Shown: positions 44,534-54,024 of the stretch, piece after piece
Layout: every line of letters begins with the position of its first letter
How positions within the stretch are numbered: position 1 is the stretch's first letter
From: Candidatus Woesebacteria bacterium RBG_16_42_24
Lineage (GTDB): Bacteria > Patescibacteriota > Microgenomatia > UBA8517
Direction: 5' to 3'
DNA length: 64,000 nucleotides
NCBI GenBank assembly: GCA_001792115.1
Contig: MGFX01000001.1
Coordinates: 5,847-69,846, forward strand
Notes under the pieces: model-generated
Told to the model about the DNA's origin: nothing
The model's database searches: none
Seen by the model: the letters and a program-made list of their open reading frames with translations, nothing else
Translations under genes and position numbers: made by a program

Positions 44534-44739
44534 GGGCGCTCCAGGAGTCGAACCTGGCACCTCTTTCTTATAACGAAATTTAGCGTACTCTTGTGGGCTG
44601 CCTAGGAGTCGAACCTAGCACCTCTTTCTTATCAGGAAAGCGTTCTACCGCTGAACCAGCAGCCCTCGTATGCTAAATTTCGATATGTCAATTTCCTGAT
44701 TGTCATCAGGAAAGCGTTCTACCGCTGAACCAATCGCCC
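44534..44739 (-). tRNA. tRNA-Ile(GAT)-like gene whose anticodon loop is interrupted by a 132-nt insertion that itself contains a complete tRNA-Ile(GAT). The 5' half is 44705..44739, the 3' half 44534..44572.
   Basis: 5' half GGGCGATTGGTTCAGCGGTAGAACGCTTTCCTGAT. 3' half AAGAAAGAGGTGCCAGGTTCGACTCCTGGAGCGCCCA. Joined, they give a canonical tRNA-Ile(GAT) with one A6:G67 mismatch. The insertion is flanked by the inverted repeat CGAAATTTAGC...GCTAATTTCG, and the 5' junction forms TTTCCTGAT-GACA-ATCAGGAAA. Confidence 0.4.
44594..44665 (-). tRNA. tRNA-Ile (anticodon GAT), intact copy nested inside the interrupted copy
   Basis: GGGCTGCTGGTTCAGCGGTAGAACGCTTTCCTGATAAGAAAGAGGTGCTAGGTTCGACTCCTAGGCAGCCCA. 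Perfect 7-bp acceptor, anticodon loop CTGATAA. Confidence 0.85.
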
Positions 44740-44985
44740 GCAATGTGAATAATTTATCATAAAAATAGCTTCAAAACAAATAGCCTATAATTTCTTGCTT
44801 TCTCTTCTTTCCCGTTGTAAAATACCCCTAATCAAAATCCACAAAAGCGTGGATTTTAGATACATTTCCGCGAAGCTTACTACTTCGCGTTTGCACGTTA
44901 ACTTGCGGAGGGCGTAATCGTCCGAAATCCTGCAACAATCGCTCCTCGAGCCGTGTACGAGTAGTACCCGAGGGCGAGAGGTAAG

Positions 44986-45369
44986 ATGTGTAGGACGGGA
45001 GTCAACTGGGAAAGCCGAGTGCTAAGTTTCGGAGGACGGAATCAACCGGAACCCATATCATTCAGGGCAAAGCCCAAAGGAGGACTCGTGTCTATATCGG
45101 CAGGAATCTCTGACAAACTCGAGCTCGTCGATGTAGAAATGAAATTGGAGAAGCTACTACCCAAAGGTCTGGGGGTAAGAACCATTAGCGATGAAGATCC
45201 GTCGGGTCATAGGTACCACTATCGCGTCGAGATCTACAAACCCGTTCTGTTCGGACTGTTCGGAAGAACCATCGCGAAAGTCTACACAAATGTCCAAGGA
45301 GGCGCCACAGTCGTGTTCGAAGATCCGGTCGAGAAGATCCAAAGCGCTGTCGCGTCACTTCGTCCATAA
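44986..45369 (+). CDS. Hypothetical protein (127 aa) in a moderately GC-richer segment of the rRNA spacer; start uncertain
   Basis: ORF preceded by GAGAGGTAAG-ATG. Local GC is about 52-55% versus ~42% around it. Confidence 0.35.
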   Translation: MCRTGVNWESRVLSFGGRNQPEPISFRAKPKGGLVSISAGISDKLELVDVEMKLEKLLPKGLGVRTISDEDPSGHRYHYRVEIYKPVLFGLFGRTIAKVYTNVQGGATVVFEDPVEKIQSAVASLRP

Positions 45370-45414
45370 TCTCGCTAATCTCGCAGGGCTTTAAGCCCGA
45401 GGAGGAAGACAAAC

Positions 45415-45633
45415 ATGATTGAATGGACATGGCGCCTTGTTGACGGAGAGATAATAATCTACGTCAACTATGGAGACCGCTCAGTGGCCAAGTTCGTTGA
45501 GGCCTTTGAGGAGCCTCGCAACCTCAGGTTAGTCGAGGCCTCTCGAGTGGATAAAACTTGGGGAGAGCTGCAACGTCTTTCACCCATGTACCACCAAGTG
45601 CTTTCCATGGTCCTGCCTCAACCACCACGGTGA
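45415..45633 (+). CDS. Hypothetical small protein (72 aa)
   Basis: Strong RBS GAGGAGGAAGACAAAC-ATG. Co-oriented with 44986..45369. Confidence 0.45.
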   Translation: MIEWTWRLVDGEIIIYVNYGDRSVAKFVEAFEEPRNLRLVEASRVDKTWGELQRLSPMYHQVLSMVLPQPPR

Positions 45634-45860
45634 CCTTCCGCAAGTACAATTCAAAACCCCTCTGTCCCCATTGGGAGACTACAATCTCAATATACAGAGG
45701 GGCGCACTACCTCAATTCAAATTCCTAATTTCTGACCTTCTTTTTTGTTGAGTCCCGCCGTGCGAAGAATTTATTTTTTTAATCCCCTTTAAAATTTGAT
45801 TTCGTGGATTTAAATGGGTCCCGCCATGCGAAGACTCCATGAGTTAGTGAGCGAATACCC

Positions 45861-46060
45861 CTTCAGAAGTCCGAATTGTTCGACAAGGACCCTGGTGTCC
45901 GCCGGAGTTGAAGAGACAAAGCATGAGCGACTTGCCTGCGCAAGCAGGGCTAACGAATGGGTGATGAGCACATGCGGGCGTCCTTCTTTCGTCAATTTCT
46001 TAGACGAGCAAGAAATTGACAAGAATCTTTGGACAAGCAAAGAGTGAACAATCTTTATAT
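45861..46060. repeat. Second copy of the ~200-230-nt element related to 39141-39375. The track ORF 45814..46047 overlaps it.
   Basis: See the 39141 feature. Also a local direct repeat GTCCCGCC[GA]TGCGAAGA at 45752 and 45819. Confidence 0.4.
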
Positions 46061-46071
46061 AATAAGTTTGT

Positions 46072-48207
46072 ATGCATCACCTGACCACACTTCTACTTAA
46101 ACTTCCTCGTAACACCGAAGTTACACCCGAAGCCGCCCAAACTTTTTTGGCGGCCCTCACCCAAATAAACTCCGTGGGTTTTTTGCAAAGACTTTTTGGG
46201 GCCCGTTCCCAAGCTCTTTCCCTGGAAATTGTCCAAATAAACCAGCAAATCCAATTTTTGGTTACTTGCGATACAGCTCTTGTTTCTTTCGTCAAAACCC
46301 AAATTCAATCAAATTATCCATTGGCAATAATTGACGAAATTCCCGATCCACTTGCTACCAACCCAAAACTACATGTTTCCACCCTTAAGTTATCAAAAGG
46401 AAGCTTTTATCCTTTAGCAACCTTTGCCAACTTTACAGACGTTGATCCGCTGGCTTCGGTTCTCTCCGTTCTTGCAAAATCCACCCCCGATGAGCTGGTA
46501 GCCGTCCAATATGCACTCGAATCGGTTAGTCCCTCCTGGCAAACCCAAGGGGCAAACTACGCCGCTTACGGGGCTAAGAAAGAGGACGGCACTTATTCCC
46601 CACGTGAGGACCAAAGTATCATAAAAGAGAAAATTTCTTACCCAGGCTTTGCTGTTTCTCTCCGACTTGCAGCTACTTCGAATGAAACCCTAAGGGAGCT
46701 TGCTTCCGCCTTCGGGGTTTTTACAAGAGCCGACGGGAATTCTTTCTCGACCAAAGGTCGCTCTTTCCTGAGGAAAACTAAACCCTTAATAGATTTTTTG
46801 TCGCGAAAAGTTTCCGGTAATCAAATCATGAACATATTAGAACTTGCCACCGTCTGGCATTTGCCTTCCGAAAAAATAAAAACACCTATGATTGCCTGGG
46901 GTACAAGTGTCCTTTCAGACCCTCCCGAAAACCTTCCTACTTCCTACGGTGCAACGGATGAGGATAAAATGGGCATTAACTTCTTTGGTAAAACACAGTT
47001 CAAAAATAACGAGGTGATCTTCGGAATTAAGGATAAAGACCGCCGCCGCCATCTCTGGAATATTGGAAAAACCGGAACCGGAAAATCGACCCTAATTGCC
47101 AATATGGCAATCGACGATCTTAAAAAAGGACGGGGTCTGGCTGTCATTGACCCCCACGGAGACCTTTGTGAAATAATCCTCGACTATATTCCTCGCGAGC
47201 GGATTAACGACGTCGTCTACTTTAACCCGGCAGATAAGGATTATCCAATTGTAGTAAATCCACTTGAGGTAACCAATAAAGAAGAGGCCGAACTCGTGGT
47301 CTCCGGAATAGTATCGATATTCAATAAAATCTTTGGATTTTCCTGGGGACCCCGACTCGAATATATCTTAAGGACTACCCTTTTAACCCTAGCCGATGTG
47401 CCCAACTCCACCCTAAAAGATGTACCTATGATATTAACAGTTCCCGATTTTAGACGAAGGATAACAGACAAAATCACCGACCCGATCCTTAAGTCTTTCT
47501 GGGTTGACGAGTTTGAGAAAATGCCGCCCAATCTTCAGAAAGAGGCTATCTCCCCTATTCTTAACAAGGTTGGCCAGTTTGTTACCTCACCCCTAATTCG
47601 AACAATCATCGGCCACCCCAAAAGCTCTATCCGTCTAGATGACATCATGAATGAAGGCAAAATCCTACTTGCCAATCTTTCCCAGGGTCGACTGGGAGAG
47701 GATAACGCGGCACTTTTAGGAGCCATGCTTATTACCAAACTTCAGCTTGCCGCGATGCACAGGGTCGATATGCCGGAAGAATCCCGCCGTGACTTTTACC
47801 TCTACGTCGACGAGTTTCAAAACTTTGCAACCGGATCTTTTATTAAAATCATGTCAGAAGCAAGGAAGTACCGACTAGATATAATGCTCGCCAACCAATA
47901 TATGGCCCAGATCCCGGAAGAGGTACAAAAGGCAATACTGGGAAATGCAGGATCTATTATGTCTTTTGCGGTGGGAGCAAGCGATGCTTCAATTCTTTTT
48001 AAGGAATTTGCGGAGGTTTTTTCCGAAACAGACTTGGTGAATCTTTCCAACTACCAGGTAGCCTGTAAATTGACCGTCGACGGCTATTCAACCAGACCCT
48101 TCCTGGCCTATACCCTACCCCTTCCTATCTCCCGAAATCAAAATCGGGACAAGGTCATTCGCGTCTCCCGCGAACGCTGGACAAAAAGAGGTCCCCACAC
48201 TGTTTGA
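46072..48207 (+). CDS. Cytoplasmic P-loop NTPase of the TraD/TraG/VirD4-coupling-protein or HerA (DUF87) type
   Basis: Walker A GKTGTGKST, VIDPHGDL, Walker B FYLYVDEFQNF, LANQYMAQIP. No N-terminal TM segment. Lies antisense within the 16S-23S spacer. Confidence 0.75.
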   Translation: MHHLTTLLLKLPRNTEVTPEAAQTFLAALTQINSVGFLQRLFGARSQALSLEIVQINQQIQFLVTCDTALVSFVKTQIQSNYPLAIIDEIPDPLATNPKLHVSTLKLSKGSFYPLATFANFTDVDPLASVLSVLAKSTPDELVAVQYALESVSPSWQTQGANYAAYGAKKEDGTYSPREDQSIIKEKISYPGFAVSLRLAATSNETLRELASAFGVFTRADGNSFSTKGRSFLRKTKPLIDFLSRKVSGNQIMNILELATVWHLPSEKIKTPMIAWGTSVLSDPPENLPTSYGATDEDKMGINFFGKTQFKNNEVIFGIKDKDRRRHLWNIGKTGTGKSTLIANMAIDDLKKGRGLAVIDPHGDLCEIILDYIPRERINDVVYFNPADKDYPIVVNPLEVTNKEEAELVVSGIVSIFNKIFGFSWGPRLEYILRTTLLTLADVPNSTLKDVPMILTVPDFRRRITDKITDPILKSFWVDEFEKMPPNLQKEAISPILNKVGQFVTSPLIRTIIGHPKSSIRLDDIMNEGKILLANLSQGRLGEDNAALLGAMLITKLQLAAMHRVDMPEESRRDFYLYVDEFQNFATGSFIKIMSEARKYRLDIMLANQYMAQIPEEVQKAILGNAGSIMSFAVGASDASILFKEFAEVFSETDLVNLSNYQVACKLTVDGYSTRPFLAYTLPLPISRNQNRDKVIRVSRERWTKRGPHTV

Positions 48208-48345
48208 CTTCCAAGATATGACCAGAAGCGGATCCCGTTTGATTTACCCTGCTTGAGGATACAGCTCAAACGGCGAACATAAAAACTGGGTGTTGTCACT
48301 CCGCCTAAATATGATATTTTTGGCGGATTCCGTGAGAACTCCTTA

Positions 48346-49812
48346 GAAAGGAGGTGATCCATCCGCACCTTCCAGTACGGATACCTTGTTACGACTTAAT
48401 TCTTGTCGCTGGTTTCAGCTTCCCCCGAAACATTCGAGGTTCGGCTGCCCCCAACTTCACTAACTTGACGGGCGGTGTGTACAAGACCTGAGAACGTATT
48501 CACCGCGGCTTAGCTGATCCGCGATTACTACCAATTCCGCGTTCATGAGGGCGAGTTGCAGCCCTCAATCCCCACTGAGAAGCCGTTTGATGGGATTAGC
48601 TCCGCCTTGCGGCTTGGCAACCCATTGTCGGCTCCATTGTAGCATGTGTGTCGCCCCGGACATAAGGGCCATGCTGACCTGACGTCGTCCCCACTTCCTT
48701 CCGAGAAAAACTCGGAAAGTCCCGTATGAATATTCAACATACGGCAGGGGTTGCGCTCGTTACCCCACTGAAGGGAACACCCCACGGCACGAGCTGACGA
48801 CGGCCATGCAACACCTGTTCTACCTTTCTTAATTGCTTAAGAATCGGTTCGTATTTCTACAATCCTAAAACGGTAGAATGTCAAACCCGGGTAAGGTTCT
48901 TCGGTTCGTCTCGAATTAAACCACATGCTCCACTGGTTGTGCAGGTCCCCGTCAATTCCTTTGAGTTTTAAGCTTGCGCTCGTACTCCCCAGGCGGCTCG
49001 CTTCACGCGTTAGCTTGCACCCGTTTTAAAAAAACGGGTTAGCGAGCAAAGTTTACGGCTAGGACTACAGGGGTCTCTAATCCCTTTCGCTCCCCTAGCT
49101 GTCGTTCCTCAGCGTCAAAAAATTCCTAGTTTTCTGCCTTCGCCCTTGGTGTTCCTCTCGATATCAACGGATTTCACTCCTACACCGAGAGTTCCGAAAA
49201 CCCCGAAATCTTTCAAGTTGGATAGTATTGTCCCCCTTTCCAAGGTTGAGCCCTGGTCTTTGAAGGACAACTTATCCTACAGCCTACGAAACGCTTTACG
49301 CCCAATAAATCCGGATAACGCTTGCATCCTCTGTATTACCGCAGCTGCTGGCACAGAGTTAGCGGATGCTTATTCTACGTAAGGTCTCCCTTACGTCAAA
49401 AGAGGTTTACAACCCGAAGGCCTTCATCCCTCACGCGGCGTCGCGGCGTCAGACTTTCGTCCATTGCGCACGATTCCCGGTTGCTGCCACCCGTAGGTGT
49501 ATAGGCCGTGTCTCAGTCCTATTCTGGGGGGTCACGCTCTCACGTCCCCTACCCGTCGTAGCCTTGGTAGGCCGTTACCCTACCAACAAGCTGATGGGCG
49601 ATAAGCTCCTCCCTCGGTGGACAGTTACGTCCTTTCACCTTGCGGTCTTATGCGGTATTAGCTACTCTTTCGAGTAGGTATTCCCCGCCAAGGGGTAGAT
49701 ACTTATCTTGTACTCAGCCGTTCGCAGCTGACCTCTTGCGAGGCCCGCTCTACTTGCATGCCTAAGGCACGCCGCTAGCGTTCATCCTGGGCCAGGATCA
49801 AACCCTCAAAAA
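48346..49812 (-). rRNA. rrs: 16S ribosomal RNA (about 1467 nt, no large insertions)
   Basis: Plus-strand reverse complements of universal sites: AAGGAGGTGATCCA (3' end, 48348), ACGGGCGGTGTGTAC (48470), CCGTCAATTCCTTTGAGTTT (48950), GGACTACAGGGGTCTCTAATCC (49060), ATTACCGCAGCTGCTGGCAC (49338), CTGGGCCAGGATCAAACCCTC (5' end, 49790-49812). Confidence 0.9.
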
Positions 49813-50103
49813 GTGACGATTGGTTCTATCCTTGCATGCGTTAAAGCACGAAGGTAAAACTTCGTCTTAACGCTTCCAGTCATATCTTGGATGTCAAAGA
49901 GCCCAGATAAAAGTAGCAAGAAACAAGCTGCAAGCAGGCAGAAAAGTGTATGAACAATGTATAAAATACTATGAACTAAAAACTAAGCTTTTCTCTACTT
50001 GTAACTTGTTCTTTGCCGCTTTTAAGGATCTGAAGTTGTTATCCTGTTCTAGCTGGGCGCTATAGTCCCGAGCGTAGTCGAGGGAAAGTTAACCTCTAAT
50101 TAA

Positions 50104-50132
50104 ACGAAAAAAGCCGCCAGATGGCGGCTGCC
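50104..50132 (-). terminator. Rho-independent terminator downstream of CDS 50222..50767 (minus strand GGCAGCCGCCATCTGGCGGC + TTTTTT), just upstream of the 16S promoter region
   Basis: Plus strand aaaaaagccgccagatggcggctgcc. Confidence 0.5.
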
Positions 50133-50221
50133 ACTTGCACCTCGCATCTGGTCACTTTCTCATCTTATATAAAGGATTATAACACATGATAGTAGTTGGT
50201 CAATGCCCTACTCCTGGTGAA

Positions 50222-50767
50222 CTAGAAGGGAATATCACTATCCTCACCTGAACTTTCCGTTTTCCCCTCTGTTGTAGCTAGAATTTCTGGGGTTAAGTCA
50301 GTATACAAACCTAGAGAATCAACCGCGGTACGGCAAATATTTTCATCCTGTTCCTCCGTTCCCCCGCTAAAAGCCATTGCTCCCACAAATTCTATTTTGG
50401 CTTCATCTGCGAAAACTGCGACACCGCCACCAAATAGGCTTCCAATCCGATCCCCAAAATCTTCCCTTTTCTGGCCTTTTGACTCCATCCTTTCTCTTTG
50501 TACACTAGTAGAACGGTGAATCGACAGAGCTGTTTTTGCCTTAGCTAAAGCTATTGCTATGTTAGTTTCATTGTACCTACCTAGTCCCTCTGAAGTAAGT
50601 TGAAGGCCCCTTGCATCGAAAATTATAAGGAAACCCTCAACGCCGTTTTCTCGAGCATTCTCCAGAGCTGCCTCGCGCAAGGCAATCGCCCCTTCAGCAC
50701 TAAGGGTTCTCAACTCACTTAGGTGTTTTCTTTCAGTCATATCGAAAGCGAATTCTATATTAAGCAC
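50222..50767 (-). CDS. GlcG/HbpS-like (DUF336) heme-binding-family protein; probable GTG start
   Basis: ..GGGVAVFADEAKIEFVGAMAFSGGTEEQDENICRTA.. is typical of the GlcG/HbpS fold. The start codon is GTG by direct reading. Confidence 0.55.
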   Translation of the reverse strand: MLNIEFAFDMTERKHLSELRTLSAEGAIALREAALENARENGVEGFLIIFDARGLQLTSEGLGRYNETNIAIALAKAKTALSIHRSTSVQRERMESKGQKREDFGDRIGSLFGGGVAVFADEAKIEFVGAMAFSGGTEEQDENICRTAVDSLGLYTDLTPEILATTEGKTESSGEDSDIPF

Positions 50768-50803
50768 GAGAATTAATCAAACTTTCCCCCAAATTCCAGC
50801 CGA

Positions 50804-51082
50804 TTACTTTTTCCAATATCTAATCTGCCCCAAGAAGAGAAATATCGCAAAAAGGGTGTATACGAAAAGGTATGAGAATTCTGTGAGGAAGTACCCCGTA
50901 TCCACCAGGGGCTTAGCCTCCGTCAGCCTTAGGCTAAAGCCGATACAAAAGAAAAAAAGAGGAACCAGAAAGAAAATCCCCTTGCCGCTTGCTACCCCAA
51001 ATCTTTTTAATAGTATGGTTGTGAGGGCTGAGAAAAGACCAAAGAGCAGGAAAATTGCAAGAATCTGATAAGCAAACATCAA
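50804..51082 (-). CDS. Small membrane protein (92 aa, 3 TM), hypothetical
   Basis: Hydrophobic helices ILAIFLLFGLFSALTTILL, IFFLVPLFFFCIGFSL, FSYLFVYTLFAIFLFL. Confidence 0.4.
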   Translation of the reverse strand: MMFAYQILAIFLLFGLFSALTTILLKRFGVASGKGIFFLVPLFFFCIGFSLRLTEAKPLVDTGYFLTEFSYLFVYTLFAIFLFLGQIRYWKK

Positions 51083-51144
51083 AAAGGAGTGTAGATTTTA
51101 AATATTTATATACAAGAGGCAAATCCTCCCCAAATTCCAGCCAG

Positions 51145-51717
51145 TTATTCCAGCGCGCTTGCAACCTGCTTGAGTGAAGAAATAATTTCTTCGGGAATGG
51201 GCTGAAGTTCATCTTTAAATATAGATAATCCCAGCCAGTTAACAACGTCTGGTGCAAGTGCCTTAAATTTTCTTCTTATTTCGGAAGGTGCAGAAGATAT
51301 CTTCGATATTTTTGCAGGTAAATCAGGTATATAGTTATCACCCTCTCTCAAACGTAATGACAGTGTGCCATAACTATCCAAAGAGAACATCATTAGCTCG
51401 TTTGCTTGGCCCCAAACACTAAAAATAATATCACTCACTCTTTCTATTCCAACTATCCGTGTACCATCTTTCAGTTGAATTGCTTTTGCCTTCTTTTGTT
51501 CTTCAAAATATGAAAGAGATGGAGCTAGGAGCTCGGCTGGATAGAAAAAGTGGAGCATGGCTTCGGCACGTACACATGCCTCTTCTATGGGGTCTGCCCG
51601 GTTTGTCTCTTGTCTTACCTGGGATAATTCTCTCATTTTGAGTAATTTAACAGCCAAATATTGAAAAGTCAATTTCCCCAAAGGCCTGAGCGGAGTCGAA
51701 GGCCAAATTCCAGCCAT
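51145..51717 (-). CDS. Hypothetical protein (190 aa)
   Basis: Intact ORF. The N-terminus coincides with the repeat motif, so the true start may be an internal Met. Confidence 0.5.
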   Translation of the reverse strand: MAGIWPSTPLRPLGKLTFQYLAVKLLKMRELSQVRQETNRADPIEEACVRAEAMLHFFYPAELLAPSLSYFEEQKKAKAIQLKDGTRIVGIERVSDIIFSVWGQANELMMFSLDSYGTLSLRLREGDNYIPDLPAKISKISSAPSEIRRKFKALAPDVVNWLGLSIFKDELQPIPEEIISSLKQVASALE

Positions 51718-52048
51718 GCTTGATTTTTTTGTATTTTTCTCTATACTCTGCCAAATGGACCACGAGATAATAGTCGAACAAGTTAAGCTTCAGCCTCCTG
51801 ATGCCAGAAAGCGCACAAGAGAACTAATAAACCAAAGGGGTATACTCCCCCTTAGGGAACTTATCGAAACCGGCCGCACTGAAGGTTGGGATTTTGGAAT
51901 TGGAGTAGATATTCTTGACTATATACTCGCCCAAAGAGATCAGGGGAAAATAAAGATTATGCAGCTATTTCTTCCTGGCCAGAATTCTCCTCTTTATATA
52001 ATTTCTCATTCCCTGCTTGACCGAAGAGAAAGCCCAACCTCAACATAA
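51716..52048 (+). CDS. Hypothetical protein (110 aa)
   Basis: ORF only. Possibly starts at the internal MDHEIIV. Confidence 0.35.
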   Translation: MLDFFVFFSILCQMDHEIIVEQVKLQPPDARKRTRELINQRGILPLRELIETGRTEGWDFGIGVDILDYILAQRDQGKIKIMQLFLPGQNSPLYIISHSLLDRRESPTST

Positions 52049-52099
52049 CGCCCCCAAATTCCAGCCGAGGTGAAAATGGTTGGCAAGCGATAATCGAAT

Positions 52100-52465
52100 C
52101 TAAACGAAGTATTTTTCTCCCAATCTTTTCGTAGTTCCAAAATCTGTCAGTCCGTTCTGTTTCATCTTATCCTCTGTCTCTCGTTCCATAAGTAGAAGCC
52201 CGAATCTTTCTCCTGCTGAAAAACCTAGAGTCATGACAAGCTGGGCAATCATTATTTCTCTTCCGTCTACCCTCCTATTAAGCACAAGTTGGGCTGCATC
52301 CATTGCTGTTCTGGGATTACGAAGCAATTCAGTTGCAACTGGCTCGATATCCTCAAGAGAAGCCCTCTCGGATAACCCGTGTTTTTTGCGTATTTCTGCA
52401 ACAACACTATCTCCAGGTTCACCTTTTCTCTGAAATGCACCAATGTGTTGCTCTCTATCTACCAT
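52100..52465 (-). CDS. Hypothetical protein (121 aa)
   Basis: ORF with soluble-protein character. No recognisable motif. Confidence 0.45.
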   Translation of the reverse strand: MVDREQHIGAFQRKGEPGDSVVAEIRKKHGLSERASLEDIEPVATELLRNPRTAMDAAQLVLNRRVDGREIMIAQLVMTLGFSAGERFGLLLMERETEDKMKQNGLTDFGTTKRLGEKYFV

Positions 52466-52728
52466 AGAAACGTATTTTACCTTATAGGTTTATCGAAAAT
52501 CAAGAAGAGGCGAGAATGGTTATCAATTCCCCCGAATTCCAGCTCGTAGATGGTGAGCGAATTATAAATCCTGAGGAGAACCGAAGGAGTCGAACCATCG
52601 AAGATCCTGAGTGAAATCGAAGGATCAAAGATGGTGAGTTATATCGAACCACAAATTCCAGCCCTTTGATTTTTTCCCTTCTCTCAAATTCCATAAGTTT
52701 TTTTGATATGTTATGATTTCTCTAGCCA

Positions 52729-53070
52729 ATGCTAACCTTGGTTGTCACAGTCCTTTTTGGATTAGGATTTGCGCTTTTTGCTACCCAGAATACTGGCCAT
52801 ACGGCCATAAATGTCGGGCCTTATGCGCTTGCGGAAGTCCCTGTTTACCTTGTCATTCTTGCCTCCGTTATTCTTACCCTTCTGGTAACCGGTTTTATCT
52901 ACCTTCTTAAATCTCTCTCCACCTCCATGACCATAAGCGAAAAGGAGGATGAGCTTAAAAAAACCAAGGATGAGCTTGCGGAGATTACAAAACAAGCCCA
53001 CAAACTAGAACTTGAAAATACCAAGCTCAAGGCAGAAGCTGGAGAAGAGGAAGACGAAAATGCCATATGA
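52729..53070 (+). CDS. LapA-like (DUF1049) membrane protein with a C-terminal coiled coil
   Basis: Two N-terminal TM helices, then KEDELKKTKDELAEITKQAHKLELENTKLKAEAGEEED. Confidence 0.55.
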   Translation: MLTLVVTVLFGLGFALFATQNTGHTAINVGPYALAEVPVYLVILASVILTLLVTGFIYLLKSLSTSMTISEKEDELKKTKDELAEITKQAHKLELENTKLKAEAGEEEDENAI

Positions 53071-53543
53071 AGGATGCTTTAGCCAAACTCTGGCAGCAGC
53101 TTAATCTCGGAACAAAAGCCCAACTTCGCATAATGCGGGTTCTTAATGACGAATTCTTGGTGGGTGTAACTGGAGTTATTCTAAACGATAAAAACGAGGT
53201 TCTTCTGGTAAAACATACCTATAGAAGCACCGATTCCTGGAGTCTCCCCGGAGGGTATATCAAAAAAGGCGAACACCCCAAAGAGGCGCTCGAGAGAGAA
53301 ATCAAGGAAGAAACGGGATTAATTGTAAGTGCCGATGAGAGGATGAAGATAAGAACGGACAGGGAAACCGCAAGACTAGACATTACTTATAAAGGGGTTT
53401 TTATTGGAGGAGTGTTTCAGCCCTCAAAGGAGGTTTCCCAGGCCGACTTTTTCGCTTTCGATAAACTTCCCGTCCTCCCCAAGAATCAACTTCAGTTCAT
53501 AGACAAAGCTATGAACACTACAACCACAAAAACTCAATCTTAG
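53067..53543 (+). CDS. NUDIX hydrolase
   Basis: Nudix box LPGGYIKKGEHPKEALEREIKEETGL (GX5EX7REUXEEXGU). The start overlaps the previous stop (ATGA). Confidence 0.8.
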   Translation: MKDALAKLWQQLNLGTKAQLRIMRVLNDEFLVGVTGVILNDKNEVLLVKHTYRSTDSWSLPGGYIKKGEHPKEALEREIKEETGLIVSADERMKIRTDRETARLDITYKGVFIGGVFQPSKEVSQADFFAFDKLPVLPKNQLQFIDKAMNTTTTKTQS

Positions 53544-53550
53544 CTGTCAA

Positions 53551-53784
53551 TTAGATAAAGGGGGCATTTTGGGCCAAATAGGAAGCAATTCCCTTGGTAA
53601 GATTGGGGCTCCAGTCGGGCAATTTACCCAAATCTTGTGGGCTTAGGGTTTCGGAAATGGCCTGGAGTCTTTTGCTAAATGGTTCTGTTTCTAGGCCCTC
53701 GAAAGATTTAGCAAAACTTTCTTTCCAAGAAGCGGGTCCTGCGTCCTCTGAAACTTGCCATTCTATTTTGCTATTATCTCCCAT
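53551..53784 (-). CDS. Hypothetical small protein (77 aa)
   Basis: ORF only. Confidence 0.3.
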   Translation of the reverse strand: MGDNSKIEWQVSEDAGPASWKESFAKSFEGLETEPFSKRLQAISETLSPQDLGKLPDWSPNLTKGIASYLAQNAPFI

Positions 53785-53903
53785 AATTTCTCAAATTCTA
53801 GCACTAAACACCCTAAAATGGTAAAATATCAACCGCCTGGCCCCGTCGTCTACAATGCACAAAGCAGTGCTATACGACGGACTTTACTTGATGCCTGACA
53901 TAT

Positions 53904-53975
53904 GGCCCCGTCGTCTAACGGCTAGGACACGGCCCTTTCAAGGCTGGAAAACGAGTTCGAATCTCGTCGGGGTCA
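53904..53975 (+). tRNA. tRNA-Glu (anticodon TTC)
   Basis: GGCCCCGTCGTCTAACGGCTAGGACACGGCCCTTTCAAGGCTGGAAAACGAGTTCGAATCTCGTCGGGGTCA. The 5' 14 nt (GGCCCCGTCGTCTA) are duplicated at 53841-53854. Confidence 0.8.
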
Positions 53976-54024
53976 CTCAAAAATCTCTGCGGAGATTTTT
54001 GAGTGCAAGCACCTAAGTCTAAAT

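Larger units (their letters stand above)
50789..52663 (+). repeat. Six dispersed copies of a 13-16-nt motif (CC)CCAAATTCCAGCC at 50789, 51130, 51703, 52054, 52532 (variant CCGAATTCCAGCT) and 52651. All on the plus strand, one per intergenic spacer of a small-gene cluster.
   Basis: Direct reading. Not seen elsewhere in the 64 kb. Copy 3 overlaps the annotated start (MAGIW = ATGGCTGGAATTTGG) of CDS 51145..51717. Confidence 0.5.

Noticed and set aside
50789-52663. Possible CRISPR array suggested by the regularly recurring CCAAATTCCAGCC motif
   Set aside because: The repeats are only 13-16 nt. The spacers are 340-570 bp, unequal, and contain full-length genes. No cas genes are present. This is not CRISPR architecture.
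50789-53100. Integron-like cassette array (small ORFs separated by a repeated site)
   Set aside because: The motif does not resemble attC sites (no R/L box inverted-repeat structure of 57-141 bp), gene orientations are mixed, and no intI is nearby. It is kept only as a remote possibility in the motif finding.
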